A stretch of 64,000 nucleotides of DNA from Acidimicrobiales bacterium (GCA_050013835.1 JBEKEM010000011.1:5896-69895), one strand, 5' to 3'; shown: positions 40,420 to 50,717, counted from the first letter of the stretch. The notes: generated by a model from the sequence alone, not told the origin. Translations and numbers: made by a program.

Positions 40420-41049
40420 TCAGGCTGCGCCGGCCGCCGACAGCACGTCGATGGCCTCCCGGCTCGTGATCACCTCGTCGATAACACCGTAGTCGCGCGC
40501 CTCTGACGCACTCATGATGAAGTCGCGGTCGGTGTCGCGCTGGATCTTCTCGATCGACTGGCCGGTGTCGTCGGCGAGCATCTCGTTCAGCATGTCGCGC
40601 ATGCGCAAGATCTCCTTGGCCTGCAGCTCGATGTCGGTCGCCTGACCGGCGGCGCCGCCGTAGGGCTGGTGGAGGAGGATCCTCGCGTGCGGCAGGGCGA
40701 AGCGCTTGCCCTTCGTGCCCGAGGCGAGCAGGACCGCCGCCGCGCTGGCCGCTTGGCCGAAGCAGAACGTGGACTTGTCCGGGCGGACGTACTTCATCGT
40801 GTCGTAGATCGCGAACAGCGCGGTGATGTCCCCGCCCGGCGAGTTGATGTAGATGTTGATGTCCTTGTCTTGGTCCTCGGACTCGAGGAAGAGCATCTGG
40901 GCGGAGACCAGGTTGGCCACCGTGTCGTCGATCGGCGTGCCGATGAAGATGATCCGGTCGCGCAGCAACCTGGAGTACAGGTCGTAGGCGCGTTCGCCCT
41001 TGCTCGACGATTCGACGACCGTCGGGACGAGGTAGTCGTACCCGCTCAC
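40420..41049 (-). CDS. clpP: ATP-dependent Clp protease proteolytic subunit
   Basis: YINSPGG, GQAASA (Ser), HQP (His), DRD (Asp). Confidence 0.97.
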   Translation of the reverse strand: MSGYDYLVPTVVESSSKGERAYDLYSRLLRDRIIFIGTPIDDTVANLVSAQMLFLESEDQDKDINIYINSPGGDITALFAIYDTMKYVRPDKSTFCFGQAASAAAVLLASGTKGKRFALPHARILLHQPYGGAAGQATDIELQAKEILRMRDMLNEMLADDTGQSIEKIQRDTDRDFIMSASEARDYGVIDEVITSREAIDVLSAAGAA

Positions 41050-42428
41050 TGCTCAGCCTCCCCAACCTCATCAGGCGGTGGTTTCTGATCCGACTCCTCG
41101 CGCACTGCGTCCGAGTCAGCCTCGTCGACCGTCAGGGCCGCCCGGTTCACCGGGTTGCCCTCCTCGTCGACGATGGCGACGTGCTCGATGAGCCAGCTCA
41201 GGGCCTTGGCCCTTCTGAGCTGCGATCGTAGTCCGCCGAGACCTCCTCCTCGGTCGATGGTCAACCGCATCCGGGCGGGGGTTTGGCCCGCGTGACCGGC
41301 AAGGTGCACGATCTCCTCGTCGAGCTCGGACTCGTCCACCTCGATCTCCTCGGCGGCAACGAGCGCGCGCAGGGCGAGGTCGGCGCGCACCTCCCTGCGG
41401 GCCTGCGCCTTCAGATCGTCGAGCATCTTCTCCAGTCCGATCCCGGCGACCTCGAGGTACGTCGAGAGCAGGACCTTCTGGGCCGCGAGGCGTTTGGTGA
41501 AGTCCTCGAGGAGGACCTGGGCTTCCTGGGCGACGAGCACCTCCGGGATCTCGTCGGCCACGAGCTCGGCGAGGGCGTCGAGGGCCCCGGCACGCAGCAG
41601 CGCGCCCGCCTGGCGTCGCTTCGCCACCGAGAGCCGCGCCGCAAGGTCCTCGCGCAGCTCGGCGAGCGACTCAAACTCCGAGGCGTCGGAGGCGAACTCG
41701 TCGCCGGCGGCAGGCAGGACCTTCTCACGCACCTGCTTCACCAGCAGACGCAGGTGGGCCGGCCCCCCGGGGGCGTCGTCGGCGTCCATCTCGAAGATGT
41801 CGCCCACCTTGGCGCCGGCCAGGAGTTCGTCGACCCCCTCGGCGATGCCGTCGGTCCCGACCGGGTAGACGAGGTCGTCGGCGACGAGCCCGTCGGCCGG
41901 CTTCCCGTCCCGGCTGCCGTGCACGTCGAGCGTCACGAGGTCACCGTCGCGGGCCGGGCGGTCGACCTCGTTCAGCGAGGCGAACTGCTCGCGCAACCGG
42001 TCGATCTGAGCATCGACGTCGGCCCCGGTGACGGACGGACTCGGCACCGTGACGACAAGACCCTCGTAACCGGGAATCGAGACCTCCGGCCGCACCTCGA
42101 CCACGGCGTCGAACGCGACGGGACCGGATTCGTCCCCCGAGGTGACGTCGATCTTCGGAGCCGCGATCACGTCGAGCTCGGTCTCCTTCACCGCCTCGCC
42201 GTACAGGCGCGGCAGCGCGTCGCGCAGCGCCTGCTCGCGGATCGTCTTCGCCCCGAGTCGGGCCTCGAGCAGCCGGCGGGGGACGCGGCCGGGCCGGAAC
42301 CCGGGGATCCGCGCCTCGCGCGCGAACCGGCCGAGCGTCTCTGCCTCGGCCCTTGCCACCTCCTCGTCGTCGACCTCGACGGTGAGCTTGAACCTGTTGT
42401 TCTCTAGCGCTTCGACGGAGGTGCGCAT
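41046..42428 (-). CDS. tig: Trigger factor
   Basis: [10 protein letters not shown] ribosome-binding motif; position upstream of clpP-clpX. Confidence 0.95.
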   Translation of the reverse strand: MRTSVEALENNRFKLTVEVDDEEVARAEAETLGRFAREARIPGFRPGRVPRRLLEARLGAKTIREQALRDALPRLYGEAVKETELDVIAAPKIDVTSGDESGPVAFDAVVEVRPEVSIPGYEGLVVTVPSPSVTGADVDAQIDRLREQFASLNEVDRPARDGDLVTLDVHGSRDGKPADGLVADDLVYPVGTDGIAEGVDELLAGAKVGDIFEMDADDAPGGPAHLRLLVKQVREKVLPAAGDEFASDASEFESLAELREDLAARLSVAKRRQAGALLRAGALDALAELVADEIPEVLVAQEAQVLLEDFTKRLAAQKVLLSTYLEVAGIGLEKMLDDLKAQARREVRADLALRALVAAEEIEVDESELDEEIVHLAGHAGQTPARMRLTIDRGGGLGGLRSQLRRAKALSWLIEHVAIVDEEGNPVNRAALTVDEADSDAVREESDQKPPPDEVGEAEQ

Positions 42429-42557
42429 ATGGACTCGGCAGTCTACCGGCCGTTCCGGTCGCCAATTTCCGGCGCCGCCGGGCCTACGGCGTCCTCGCGG
42501 CCGGGAACCGCGCCTGATTCCGTCGCGCCACCGCTCCCTCCCGTACGATCGGTCTGC

Positions 42558-42632
42558 CGGGGAGTAGCGCAGCTTGGTTAGCGCGCCTGCTTTGGGAGCA
42601 GGAGGTCGCGGGTTCGAATCCCGCCTCCCCGA
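42558..42632 (+). tRNA. tRNA-Pro (TGG); CCA not encoded
   Basis: Acceptor stem CGGGGAG/CTCCCCG, anticodon arm CCTGC-TTTGGGA-GCAGG, T-loop GGTTCGAATCC. TACGAT -10 at 42544. Confidence 0.97.
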
Positions 42633-42639
42633 CCGGGCG

Positions 42640-43617
42640 TCACACGACGAGCCCGAAGGCGAGTGCCGCCGCGCCGATCGCGCCGGCGCGGTCTCCGAGT
42701 TCAGCGGTGCGCAGCGTGACGGCCGCTTCGCCGTTCCCGCGACGGGTCTGGGCGAAGTACCTCTCCGTCAGCGGCATGAAAAGGTCGCCGTCCCTGCTGA
42801 CGCCTCCGCCGAGGATCACCGCCAACGGGTCAAGCACCTCGACGAGGTTGCCGATCCCGAGCGCGAGGTAGCGCGCGATCACGTCGACGATCCCCCACGC
42901 CTCGAGATCCCCGCCACGGGCGGCTGTGAAAACGTGCTCGCTCCTGATCGCGTCGGCGTTGTCCCCGGCGAGCTCCATGATGCGGGAGGCCTTCCCAGCC
43001 ATCGCGGCCTCGCGGGCCAGCCGGGCCTGTCCCCGCCCGGAGACGTACTGCTCCCAGCAGCCGTACCGGCCGCAGACGCACAGCGGTCCGTCGACATTGA
43101 CGACGATATGGCCGATCTCGCCGGCGAAACCCCTCCCGCCGCGCAGCAGTTGGTTGCCGGAGATGATGCCGCCGCCGATCCCAGTGCCGAGCGCGACGAT
43201 GATCGCGTCACTGAGCCCGCGTGCCGCGCCGAAGGCGATCTCGCCGGCAGCGGAGCACATTCCGTCGTTCTCGACGACGAGACGGTACCGCTCGCCATGC
43301 TTGAGGATGCGGCCCATCCGGCGCGACAGCTCGGCGGTGATCGGCATGCCGGACACGGCGGGCAGATTCGGCACGTCTTCGAGGACGCCTTGCCGGTCGA
43401 GCAGGCCGGGAACGCCGACACCGATCCCGACGAGCTCCTCGGAACGGGGGCCGAGGGAATCGATGAGCGTCGTCGTCGCGCCCTCGAGGGAATCGAGCAG
43501 TCGGCGGGGTGAGTTCGACGACGTCACCCGGAATTCATTGAGAACATTGGCTTCGACGTCCACGGCGACAGCGAGAATCTTCGTCCCGCCGACGTCGAAG
43601 CCGAGCGCCACCGCCAT
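42640..43617 (-). CDS. ROK family sugar kinase (glucokinase-like)
   Basis: FDVGGTK, END, GTGIGGG, GEIGH, CVCGRYGCWE zinc motif. Confidence 0.92.
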   Translation of the reverse strand: MAVALGFDVGGTKILAVAVDVEANVLNEFRVTSSNSPRRLLDSLEGATTTLIDSLGPRSEELVGIGVGVPGLLDRQGVLEDVPNLPAVSGMPITAELSRRMGRILKHGERYRLVVENDGMCSAAGEIAFGAARGLSDAIIVALGTGIGGGIISGNQLLRGGRGFAGEIGHIVVNVDGPLCVCGRYGCWEQYVSGRGQARLAREAAMAGKASRIMELAGDNADAIRSEHVFTAARGGDLEAWGIVDVIARYLALGIGNLVEVLDPLAVILGGGVSRDGDLFMPLTERYFAQTRRGNGEAAVTLRTAELGDRAGAIGAAALAFGLVV

Positions 43618-43722
43618 GGTGCACCAACGTTAACAGCACGTCACGGCCCGGTTTTGGTGCCCGATCGCTCCCGCCCCGCACGAGCGGCCCCCACGGGACG
43701 TACAAGTACACTTCGGTAGCGC

Positions 43723-43796
43723 GCGGGCGTAGCTCAATGGCAGAGCTCCAGCCTTCCAAGCTGGTCATGCGGGTTCGATTCCCGTCGCCCGCTCCA
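43723..43796 (+). tRNA. tRNA-Gly (TCC)
   Basis: Acceptor stem GCGGGCG/CGCCCGC, anticodon arm CCAGC-CTTCCAA-GCTGG, GGTTCGATTCC, terminal CCA. TACACT -10 at 43707. Confidence 0.97.
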
Positions 43797-44036
43797 GCCG
43801 GATGGCCGATTCTGGGCCGGACACCTCCGTGCCGACAGTTCCGCGCCGGGCCCGCGCGCAGCGGTTCGCGCCGGGTGGCCCCATGTCACGCGCCCCGGGC
43901 GACCTTCGAACTCGCAGCCGCTCTCGGTGCGCGTCGGCGGTGTCACCGCCTGGCACGGGGTGGCGTCCACGATCCGCTCGCGGAGGCGCTGCGGTCGCCT
44001 TCGCCCCCCGACGGCCCGCCGACGGGTGCCAAGCGC

Positions 44037-44621
44037 TCAGTGCATGCCGTGCTGGCGGACCTTGCCGAAGCAGCTCGCCCGTTGGATCTCGACTGCGGCC
44101 TCCGAAAGCGACAGATCCTGGGCGATCTCGCTGTTGGAAAGGCCCTCGAGGACGCCCCGCACGATCGCCATCTCGGTCGAGTCGAACCCGTAGAGCGATC
44201 CGTCGCCGAGGGAGGCGAGGCAGTGGGCCATGAGCGAGCTGTCGAGGAACTGGCTCCCCGCCGAGACAGTCCGGATGCACGAGACGAGGTCGCCGCCACG
44301 GATCTGCTTCAGGAAATAGCCCGCGGCCCCGGCGAGGAGCGCGGCGACAAGCGCCTCGTCATCGGTGTAGGCGGTGAGCATGACGCACGCCGTCCCGGGG
44401 TAATGCGACCGGATAGTCCGGCACAGGTCGACCCCGTCGCCGTCCGGCAGCCTGACGTCGAGCACGCAGACGTCGGGGCGGACGTGCTCGACAAGAAGCT
44501 GGGTGTCCCCGACGGACCCGGCCTCCCCGACGAGCTCGAAGTCCTCCTCGGCCTCCAGGAGCTCCCGGATGCTCTGGCGGACCGCGTTGTTGTCGTCGAC
44601 GATGACGATCCGGATCCCCAT
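44037..44621 (-). CDS. NarL/DosR(DevR)-like response regulator with a degenerate, truncated LuxR HTH
   Basis: Receiver VDD, LDVRLPDGDG, LTAY, LKQIRG. The C-terminus EGLSNSEIAQDLSLSEAAVE ends early. Confidence 0.85.
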   Translation of the reverse strand: MGIRIVIVDDNNAVRQSIRELLEAEEDFELVGEAGSVGDTQLLVEHVRPDVCVLDVRLPDGDGVDLCRTIRSHYPGTACVMLTAYTDDEALVAALLAGAAGYFLKQIRGGDLVSCIRTVSAGSQFLDSSLMAHCLASLGDGSLYGFDSTEMAIVRGVLEGLSNSEIAQDLSLSEAAVEIQRASCFGKVRQHGMH

Positions 44622-44656
44622 CTGTTCACTGTGCGCTTGGCTCGCGCCGTGAGGTC

Positions 44657-44690
44657 AGAGTCAAAGGTCCCGCAGAGAGTCACCCGGCCC
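44657..44690. promoter_or_regulatory. Tandem DosR/DevR-type binding boxes
   Basis: Minus strand GGGACCTTTGACTCT (44657-44671) and weaker GGGCCGGGTGACTCT (44676-44690), resembling the GGGACnnnnGnCCC dyad. Confidence 0.55.
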
Positions 44691-44731
44691 GACGTCGCCG
44701 GGTGACCCGGTCCGCGTGGCACGCTGGGGCC

Positions 44732-45871
44732 ATGCCGTACCGGCGGGTGACGGACCCGCGGCGTCTCCAGCTGCTGCTCGAGGCGGTGCTCGTCCTCGAG
44801 GGCGATCTCGAGCTCGACACCGCGCTCCGGCACGTCGTCGAACAGGCGCGGCAGCTCGTGAACGCTCGCTACGGGGCGCTCGCCGTGATCGAACCGGACT
44901 CGAGGCGCCTCGCCAAGTTCGTGAACGTCGGGTTCACCCCCGACCAGGTCGACCGCATCGACCATCTGCCCCGCGGCGAGGGTGTTCTCGGCATGATCTT
45001 CGACTCCGAGCACCCGCTGCGTCTCAGCGATCTCACCCGGCACCCCGCCGCGGTCGGATTCCCCGCCAACCACGCGGAGATGCGGTCGTTCATCGGAGTG
45101 CCGATCCTCGTCCACGGGGAGGTGTTCGGCAACCTCTACCTCACCGAGAAGCTGGACGCCGAGGAGTTCTCCGAAGAGGACGGCGACGTCCTGCAGGCCC
45201 TAGCGCTGGCCGCCGGCACCGTCATCGACAATGCGAGGTTGCACGCCAAGGTCGGTGAGCTCGGGGTCGCCGCCGAACGCGCCCGCATCGCCCACGACCT
45301 GCACGACACGGTGATCCAGCGCCTCTTCGCGACCGGCCTGTCTCTCCAGAGCACCGTCCGGATGGTGCACGCCCCCGAGGCGCTGCGCGTCATCCACACC
45401 GCGGTCGACGACCTCGATGACACGATCCGCCAGATCCGCACCTCGATCTTCGCCCTGGAGCCGTTGCCGGTCGGAAGGCGGAGCCCGCGGACCCGCGTCC
45501 TCGAGCTGTGTGCCGAGTCGGTCCGCAGCCTCGGCTTCGAGCCTTCCGTCTCCGTCTCGGGTCCGATCGACACCGAGGTGAGCGAGCACGTCGCCGGCCA
45601 CATGCTCGCCGTTCTGCGTGAAGCCCTGACGAACGTCGCCCGCCACGCCCACGCCAGCCGGGTCCACGTCAGCCTCATCGTCGCCGAGCACCGCCTCCGC
45701 CTCACGGTCACCGACGACGGCGTCGGACTGCCGGCGGAATCGGGACCGGCGAGCCGAGGGCTGACGAACATGGCCGAGCGCGCCAAGCTCCTCGGCGGCT
45801 CGTTCACGATCGCGCCTGGCGACGAGCCGGGGACCGAGATGAACTTCGAAGTCCCGCTCGTCACCGAGTAG
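44732..45871 (+). CDS. GAF-domain sensor histidine kinase, DosS/DevS-like (HisKA_3)
   Basis: ARYGAL, IDHLPRGEGVLG, GFPANHAEMRSF, GNLYLTEK, ERARIAHDLHDTVIQRLFA, EALTNVARHA, DDGVG. Confidence 0.92.
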   Translation: MPYRRVTDPRRLQLLLEAVLVLEGDLELDTALRHVVEQARQLVNARYGALAVIEPDSRRLAKFVNVGFTPDQVDRIDHLPRGEGVLGMIFDSEHPLRLSDLTRHPAAVGFPANHAEMRSFIGVPILVHGEVFGNLYLTEKLDAEEFSEEDGDVLQALALAAGTVIDNARLHAKVGELGVAAERARIAHDLHDTVIQRLFATGLSLQSTVRMVHAPEALRVIHTAVDDLDDTIRQIRTSIFALEPLPVGRRSPRTRVLELCAESVRSLGFEPSVSVSGPIDTEVSEHVAGHMLAVLREALTNVARHAHASRVHVSLIVAEHRLRLTVTDDGVGLPAESGPASRGLTNMAERAKLLGGSFTIAPGDEPGTEMNFEVPLVTE

Positions 45872-45893
45872 CCGGCCGCGCACGTCGGCGGGC

Positions 45894-46547
45894 TCAGCGG
45901 GCGGTGACGTCCTCCCCGGGAACCGCCTCGGGGGGAGGGGCCGTCGCCCGCTGGCGTTCCCGCCGGAACTCGCGCAACCGCACCACGATGAAGGCCGCGA
46001 CGACGGCGGCGACGAGGGCGACGAGCACGTAGCCGGCGATCGAGAAGTCGTGGGCGATTCGGTTCCACTCGTGGCCGACCCCGAAGCCGACCGCCGCGAA
46101 GGCGCTCGTGTAGACGACCGTGCCGAGCATGTTGAAGGCTTCGAAGCGCACGACCGGCATCTCCGCCGTCCCGGCGACGATCGCCGTGAAGGCGCGTAGG
46201 ACGGGCATCGCCCGACCGAGCGCCACGGCGAACTCACCCCTGCCCGACAGCCAGCGCTCGGCGCGGTCGATGTCGCGCGAGGTGACGAGGACGTACCGGC
46301 CCAGCCGCTCGACGAGCGGCCGGCCGCCGACGCGTCCCACCCCATAGGCGGCGGACGACCCGGCGAGCTCGGCTGTGATGCCCACGACCAGGACGAGGGC
46401 GAGGTTCAGCCGGCCCTGGGCAGCGAGCACGCCGGCGAACCCGAACGTGACCTCGGAGGGGATCGGCACGCAGCAGGCCTCGGCGAAGGCGAGGACGACG
46501 AGCGCGGCGTAACCCGACTCAACAAGGAGGTGTTGCACGAACCACAT
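45894..46547 (-). CDS. DedA family membrane protein
   Basis: EACCVPIPSE, YGVGRVGGR, GRAMPVLR...AG; start approximate. Confidence 0.9.
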   Translation of the reverse strand: MWFVQHLLVESGYAALVVLAFAEACCVPIPSEVTFGFAGVLAAQGRLNLALVLVVGITAELAGSSAAYGVGRVGGRPLVERLGRYVLVTSRDIDRAERWLSGRGEFAVALGRAMPVLRAFTAIVAGTAEMPVVRFEAFNMLGTVVYTSAFAAVGFGVGHEWNRIAHDFSIAGYVLVALVAAVVAAFIVVRLREFRRERQRATAPPPEAVPGEDVTAR

Positions 46548-46613
46548 TTGTAGTCGGTCCCGGTCCCCACCCCTGCGGCGACGCCGGGGGACCGCCGGCG
46601 GTAGGGTGCCGGC

Positions 46614-47447
46614 GTGTCGCCCGTCGACATCGCGAGCACCGGTGGCGTCACGCTCGCCGTCTACGACCTCGGCGGCGACGGTCGGCCGGCCCTTTTGGTC
46701 CACGGTGCCGGCCTGAATGCCCTCAGCCTGAGACCCCTCGCCCGACAGCTCGCCGGGCGTCTCGCCTGCCGCGCTCCGGACCTGCGCGGCCACGGCGCCT
46801 CGTCGGCCCCGGCCTCGTATGCCTGGGAAGGATTCATCGACGACGTGCGGGCGACCGTGACGCGACTCGGCCTCCGCCACCCGGTCGGCATCGGCCACTC
46901 GCTCGGCGCGACCGCGATCCTCGGCGCCGAAGCGGCCGCGCCGGGCACCTTCGCCCAGCTCTACTGCTACGAGCCGATCGTCTTCTCGTCAGCCGTGCCC
47001 GACCCGCCCGACAGCGTCGCCGGCTCGGCGCGACGGCGCCGCGCCGTGTTCCCGTCCCGCCGTGCCGCCGCCGAGCACTACCGGGAACGGCCGCCCTTCT
47101 CCCGGTGGGACCGGGGCGCCCTCGCCGGCTACCTCGAGGGCGGACTCGTCGAGCTGCCCGACGGCTCGGTCGGTCTCGCCTGCCCGCCGGAGAGCGAGGC
47201 GCACATCTACGAGGCGGCGCGGCACGCCAACGTCTACGGACGTCTCGGCGCCGTCGCCTGCCCGGTGACGATCGCCCGGGGCTCGGTGTCGGGCGTGGTG
47301 TCGTCGGCCGGCGCCGGTGCGATCGCGACGCAACTACCTGACGGTTCGCTCGCCGAATTCGCCGGCCTCGACCATTTCGGTCCGTACACGGACCCGGCGC
47401 TCGTCGCCGCCGCTATCGTGTCGGTGCTGGTCACAGCCGGGGCGTAG
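46614..47447 (+). CDS. Alpha/beta hydrolase
   Basis: VHG, DLRGHGAS, GHSLG nucleophile, C-terminal HF. Confidence 0.9.
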   Translation: MSPVDIASTGGVTLAVYDLGGDGRPALLVHGAGLNALSLRPLARQLAGRLACRAPDLRGHGASSAPASYAWEGFIDDVRATVTRLGLRHPVGIGHSLGATAILGAEAAAPGTFAQLYCYEPIVFSSAVPDPPDSVAGSARRRRAVFPSRRAAAEHYRERPPFSRWDRGALAGYLEGGLVELPDGSVGLACPPESEAHIYEAARHANVYGRLGAVACPVTIARGSVSGVVSSAGAGAIATQLPDGSLAEFAGLDHFGPYTDPALVAAAIVSVLVTAGA

Positions 47448-47459
47448 CCTCAGACCGCG

Positions 47460-48260
47460 ATGCCCCTGACGCTGCCAAGCACCCTTTCGCCCTCGAAGCT
47501 CTCCCGTTTCGTGCAGTGCCCGCTCTCCTTCCGCTTCGCTTACGTCGACCAGCTCCCTGAACCCTCCTCGATCCAGCAGGTACGCGGCACCCTCGTCCAC
47601 AAGGCGCTCGAGCTGCTGTTCAGCTCGGCGCTCGGCGCCGGACGCACCCGCGAGGCGGCGCAGGAGTCACTCGAGCTCGCCTGGGAGGCGATCACCTCCT
47701 CGGACGAGTTCACCGGGCTGGCGCTCGACGAGGCGGGTTCCCAGCGCCTCCTCGAGGATGCCCGCCAGCTCGTCGGGCGGTACTTCTCGCTCGAGGACCC
47801 GACCGCCGTGCTCGACGTCGGGCTCGAGCTCGACCTGCGGACGACCATCGAAGGGGTCCAGCTGCGCGGGATCATCGACCGCCTCGACGACCTCGGCGAC
47901 GGGCGGCTCGCGGTCGTCGACTACAAGACGGGCCGGGCGCCGCTGCCGGGCCGTTCCCGCTCCAGCCTCACGGGGGTCTACTTCTACGCCATGCTCTGCG
48001 AGGAGGTGCTTGGCACCCGACCGAGCGAGGTGCGCCTTATGTACCTGCGCGACGAGGTCGTCCTCGTCGAGTCCCCTTCGGAACAGGGGATGCGGGGCGT
48101 GCGCCAGCGCGCCCTCGCCGTCTGGCAGGCGATCGGCAGGGCCTGCGCGACGGAGGACTTCCGCCCGAGCCCGTCGGCACTGTGCAAGACCTGCGCGTTC
48201 CAGTCGCGGTGCCCCGCGTTCGCGGGCGCGACGCCGGCCTCCGAGGGGGCGACCGCCTAG
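47460..48260 (+). CDS. PD-(D/E)XK RecB-family nuclease with a four-Cys (Fe-S staple) arrangement
   Basis: LSPS...QCP, GTLVH, RGIIDRLD, VDYKTG, CKTCAFQSRCP. Confidence 0.88.
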   Translation: MPLTLPSTLSPSKLSRFVQCPLSFRFAYVDQLPEPSSIQQVRGTLVHKALELLFSSALGAGRTREAAQESLELAWEAITSSDEFTGLALDEAGSQRLLEDARQLVGRYFSLEDPTAVLDVGLELDLRTTIEGVQLRGIIDRLDDLGDGRLAVVDYKTGRAPLPGRSRSSLTGVYFYAMLCEEVLGTRPSEVRLMYLRDEVVLVESPSEQGMRGVRQRALAVWQAIGRACATEDFRPSPSALCKTCAFQSRCPAFAGATPASEGATA

Positions 48261-48284
48261 CCGCCCGGCTATCCTCGGGCCGCG

Positions 48285-48824
48285 ATGGCACCCAAGCTCG
48301 TCGCCGTGTTCGATGAGCGCGTCGACGCCGCCTTCGAGCATCTGCGCGGAAACCCCGTCGCCGACAGGGTCTTCTACACCGCTTCAGCGCTGGGCGAGTT
48401 CGGGCTCGTCTGGGTCGTCCTGGCCCTGGTGCGCGCGCTGCGCGGCGGGCCGCGCAACGAACGGGCGGCACTGAGGGCAATCGTCGCGACCGGGATCGAG
48501 TCGTTCCTCGTCAACGTCGTGATGAAGTCGTTCGTGCGCCGACGCCGTCCCGTGAACCACAACGACCACCCCTTGCCGCTGCGACAGCCGCTCTCCTCGA
48601 GCTTCCCCTCGGGCCACGCGACAGCGGCCTTCTGCGGGGCGACGCTGCTCGCCGACGGCGATCGGCGGTGGAGGTCCGTGTACTTCGCCACGGCGGTGGT
48701 CGTCGCGACGAGCCGGGTCTACGTCCGGATCCACCACGCCTCGGATGTCGTCGGGGGCGTCGCGGTCGGTCGGGTGCTCGGCCTGCTCGGGAAGCGCCTC
48801 GCCCCGCTCGGCAGCCGCGGCTGA
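48285..48824 (+). CDS. PAP2 family phosphatase
   Basis: K...RRRP, SFPSGH, SRVYVRIHHASD. Confidence 0.9.
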   Translation: MAPKLVAVFDERVDAAFEHLRGNPVADRVFYTASALGEFGLVWVVLALVRALRGGPRNERAALRAIVATGIESFLVNVVMKSFVRRRRPVNHNDHPLPLRQPLSSSFPSGHATAAFCGATLLADGDRRWRSVYFATAVVVATSRVYVRIHHASDVVGGVAVGRVLGLLGKRLAPLGSRG

Positions 48825-48866
48825 CCCGGTGGCAGGTGCGGTGAGTCGCCGTAAGGTGGACGGGCC

Positions 48867-49358
48867 ATGAGCGTCGCGATCGTGATGGGGAGCGTCTCCG
48901 ACGAGGCCGTGATGCGCCCGGCGGCCGAGGCGCTCGACGAGTTTGGCATCCCCTGGGAGATGCGGGTCGTCTCAGCGCACCGGACGCCGGATGACGCCCT
49001 CGGCTACGCACGCGACTGCCGGGCCCGGGGCGTGCAGGTCATCATCGCCGGGGCGGGCGGCGCGGCCCACCTCGCCGGCGTACTCGCCGCCGCGACGCCA
49101 CTGCCGGTGATCGGGGTGCCGATCGCGCTCCCCGCCCTGTCCGGTCTCGACTCGCTGCTTTCGATGGTGCAGATGCCCCGCGGTGTGCCCGTCGCGACCG
49201 TCGGGATCGACGGCGCCCGCAACGCCGGCCTCCTCGCCGCGCGCATGCTCGGAATCGCCGACGAGAGGATCGCCGAGGCGGTCGTCGGGTACCAGGCTCG
49301 GCTGGCGGACGAGGTGCGCGCCCAGGATTCGTCGCTGCAGAGCCGAGCCGGCGACTGA
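48867..49358 (+). CDS. purE: N5-carboxyaminoimidazole ribonucleotide mutase
   Basis: [32 protein letters not shown]. Confidence 0.97.
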   Translation: MSVAIVMGSVSDEAVMRPAAEALDEFGIPWEMRVVSAHRTPDDALGYARDCRARGVQVIIAGAGGAAHLAGVLAAATPLPVIGVPIALPALSGLDSLLSMVQMPRGVPVATVGIDGARNAGLLAARMLGIADERIAEAVVGYQARLADEVRAQDSSLQSRAGD

Positions 49359-49377
49359 TCCCGCACGGGCCGGTCCG

Positions 49378-50196
49378 ATGGCTTCACTCGCCGCGCGGCT
49401 CGGATTGGCCCCGGCGGCGCGCGTGCTCATCGTCTCGTGCGACGATCTCGGCTTCTCCCACTCGACGAACGTCTCGGTCTACGACTCGCTGCGGCGGGGC
49501 GTCGCCACCTCCGCAGCGCTGATGGTCCCGGCCCCCTGGGCGCGGGGCGCCGTCAGCGCCTACCGGGGTGAGGACGTGGGCGTTCACCTCACGCTCAACT
49601 CCGAGCACGAGCTCCTGCGGTGGGGCCCGATCACGCACTCCCCGTCGCTGCTCGACGGCGAGGGGGCGTTCCCCCGCACGATCGCCGACATCTGGGAACA
49701 CGCCGACCTCGACGAGGTGCGCCACGAGTGGCGGGCGCAGATCGACCGGTCGGTGCTGTGGGGTTTCGACGTGTCCCACCTCGACACCCACCTCGGCGGG
49801 GTCGAGCTAAAACCCGAGTTCTTCGACGTCTACCTCGATCTCGCCGCCGAGCTCCGGCTCCCCGTGCGCCTGCCGGGGGCCGAGGAGGAGCGGCGGGTGG
49901 GCTTTCCGTTCCGGGAGCTCGCCGCTGAACGGGGAGTCGTCGCCCCGGACCGCGTCGTGGCAGCCTCCGCCTTCACGGGCGGCCCCGGCGACCTCGACCT
50001 CGTCCCGCCCGGGATCAACGAGGTCCGCGCCTCGCCGGCGCTCGATTCCCCTGAGCTGCGCGCCGCAGCAACCGACTGGCGCTCACGGGTCGCCGACGCC
50101 GCGCTCCTCGGGCCCGACGGCCCGCTCGCGCGCCTCGTGCGGTCGGCGCCGGTCACGACGATCGGCTACCGAGCGCTCCGCCGGCTGATGCGCTGA
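49378..50196 (+). CDS. ChbG/YdjC/HpnK family carbohydrate deacetylase
   Basis: [19 protein letters not shown]. Confidence 0.85.
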   Translation: MASLAARLGLAPAARVLIVSCDDLGFSHSTNVSVYDSLRRGVATSAALMVPAPWARGAVSAYRGEDVGVHLTLNSEHELLRWGPITHSPSLLDGEGAFPRTIADIWEHADLDEVRHEWRAQIDRSVLWGFDVSHLDTHLGGVELKPEFFDVYLDLAAELRLPVRLPGAEEERRVGFPFRELAAERGVVAPDRVVAASAFTGGPGDLDLVPPGINEVRASPALDSPELRAAATDWRSRVADAALLGPDGPLARLVRSAPVTTIGYRALRRLMR

Positions 50197-50229
50197 TCTC
50201 GACGGCGCCGCCGGGCGGCCCCGAGGTCG

Positions 50230-50655
50230 TCAGTAGTACTTCGGCACGTAGGCGCCGCGTCCGAGCGCCGCGCTCTCGTAGTAGTCGAGCGACTCGTCGA
50301 CCTCGCCGCGCAGCTCGCGCACCCACTCGAGGCGCTCCTTCAGCATTCGCTCGACGCCTGAGCGCAGCGTCGTCGAGGAGATCGCGCAGGACCCACAGGC
50401 CCCCTGGAGCTCGACCTCGACGATCCCCTCCTGGTAGTCGACGTGGCCGAGGACAAGGTCGCCGCCGTCCTGCTGGATCGCCTCGCGCATCAGCTCGATG
50501 AGCTCCGTGAGCGCCGCGCGACGGCGCTCGAGCTCCTCGGGGGAGAGCTCCGCCCCGTCGGGGACCCCGGGAGCATCGGGGGCCGACGCCTCCGATGCCG
50601 CTGCGGGGATCGCCGTTCCGTCCGCTCGGCCGTCGTCACCCGTCATCGCCATCAC
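50230..50655 (-). CDS. NifU-like (Nfu) Fe-S carrier protein
   Basis: DGGD...LQGACGSC...TLRSGVE. Confidence 0.88.
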   Translation of the reverse strand: MMAMTGDDGRADGTAIPAAASEASAPDAPGVPDGAELSPEELERRRAALTELIELMREAIQQDGGDLVLGHVDYQEGIVEVELQGACGSCAISSTTLRSGVERMLKERLEWVRELRGEVDESLDYYESAALGRGAYVPKYY

Positions 50656-50717
50656 TTCCCCGTTCCCCGCCAGTCCGTGCCTACCGAGACCGGAAGCCCG
50701 CGGCTTAGGATGCCGCG

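Noticed and set aside
43797..44036. Possible island or small gene downstream of tRNA-Gly
   Set aside because: No duplicated tRNA 3' end, no integrase, and no credible ORF or recognisable RNA motif.
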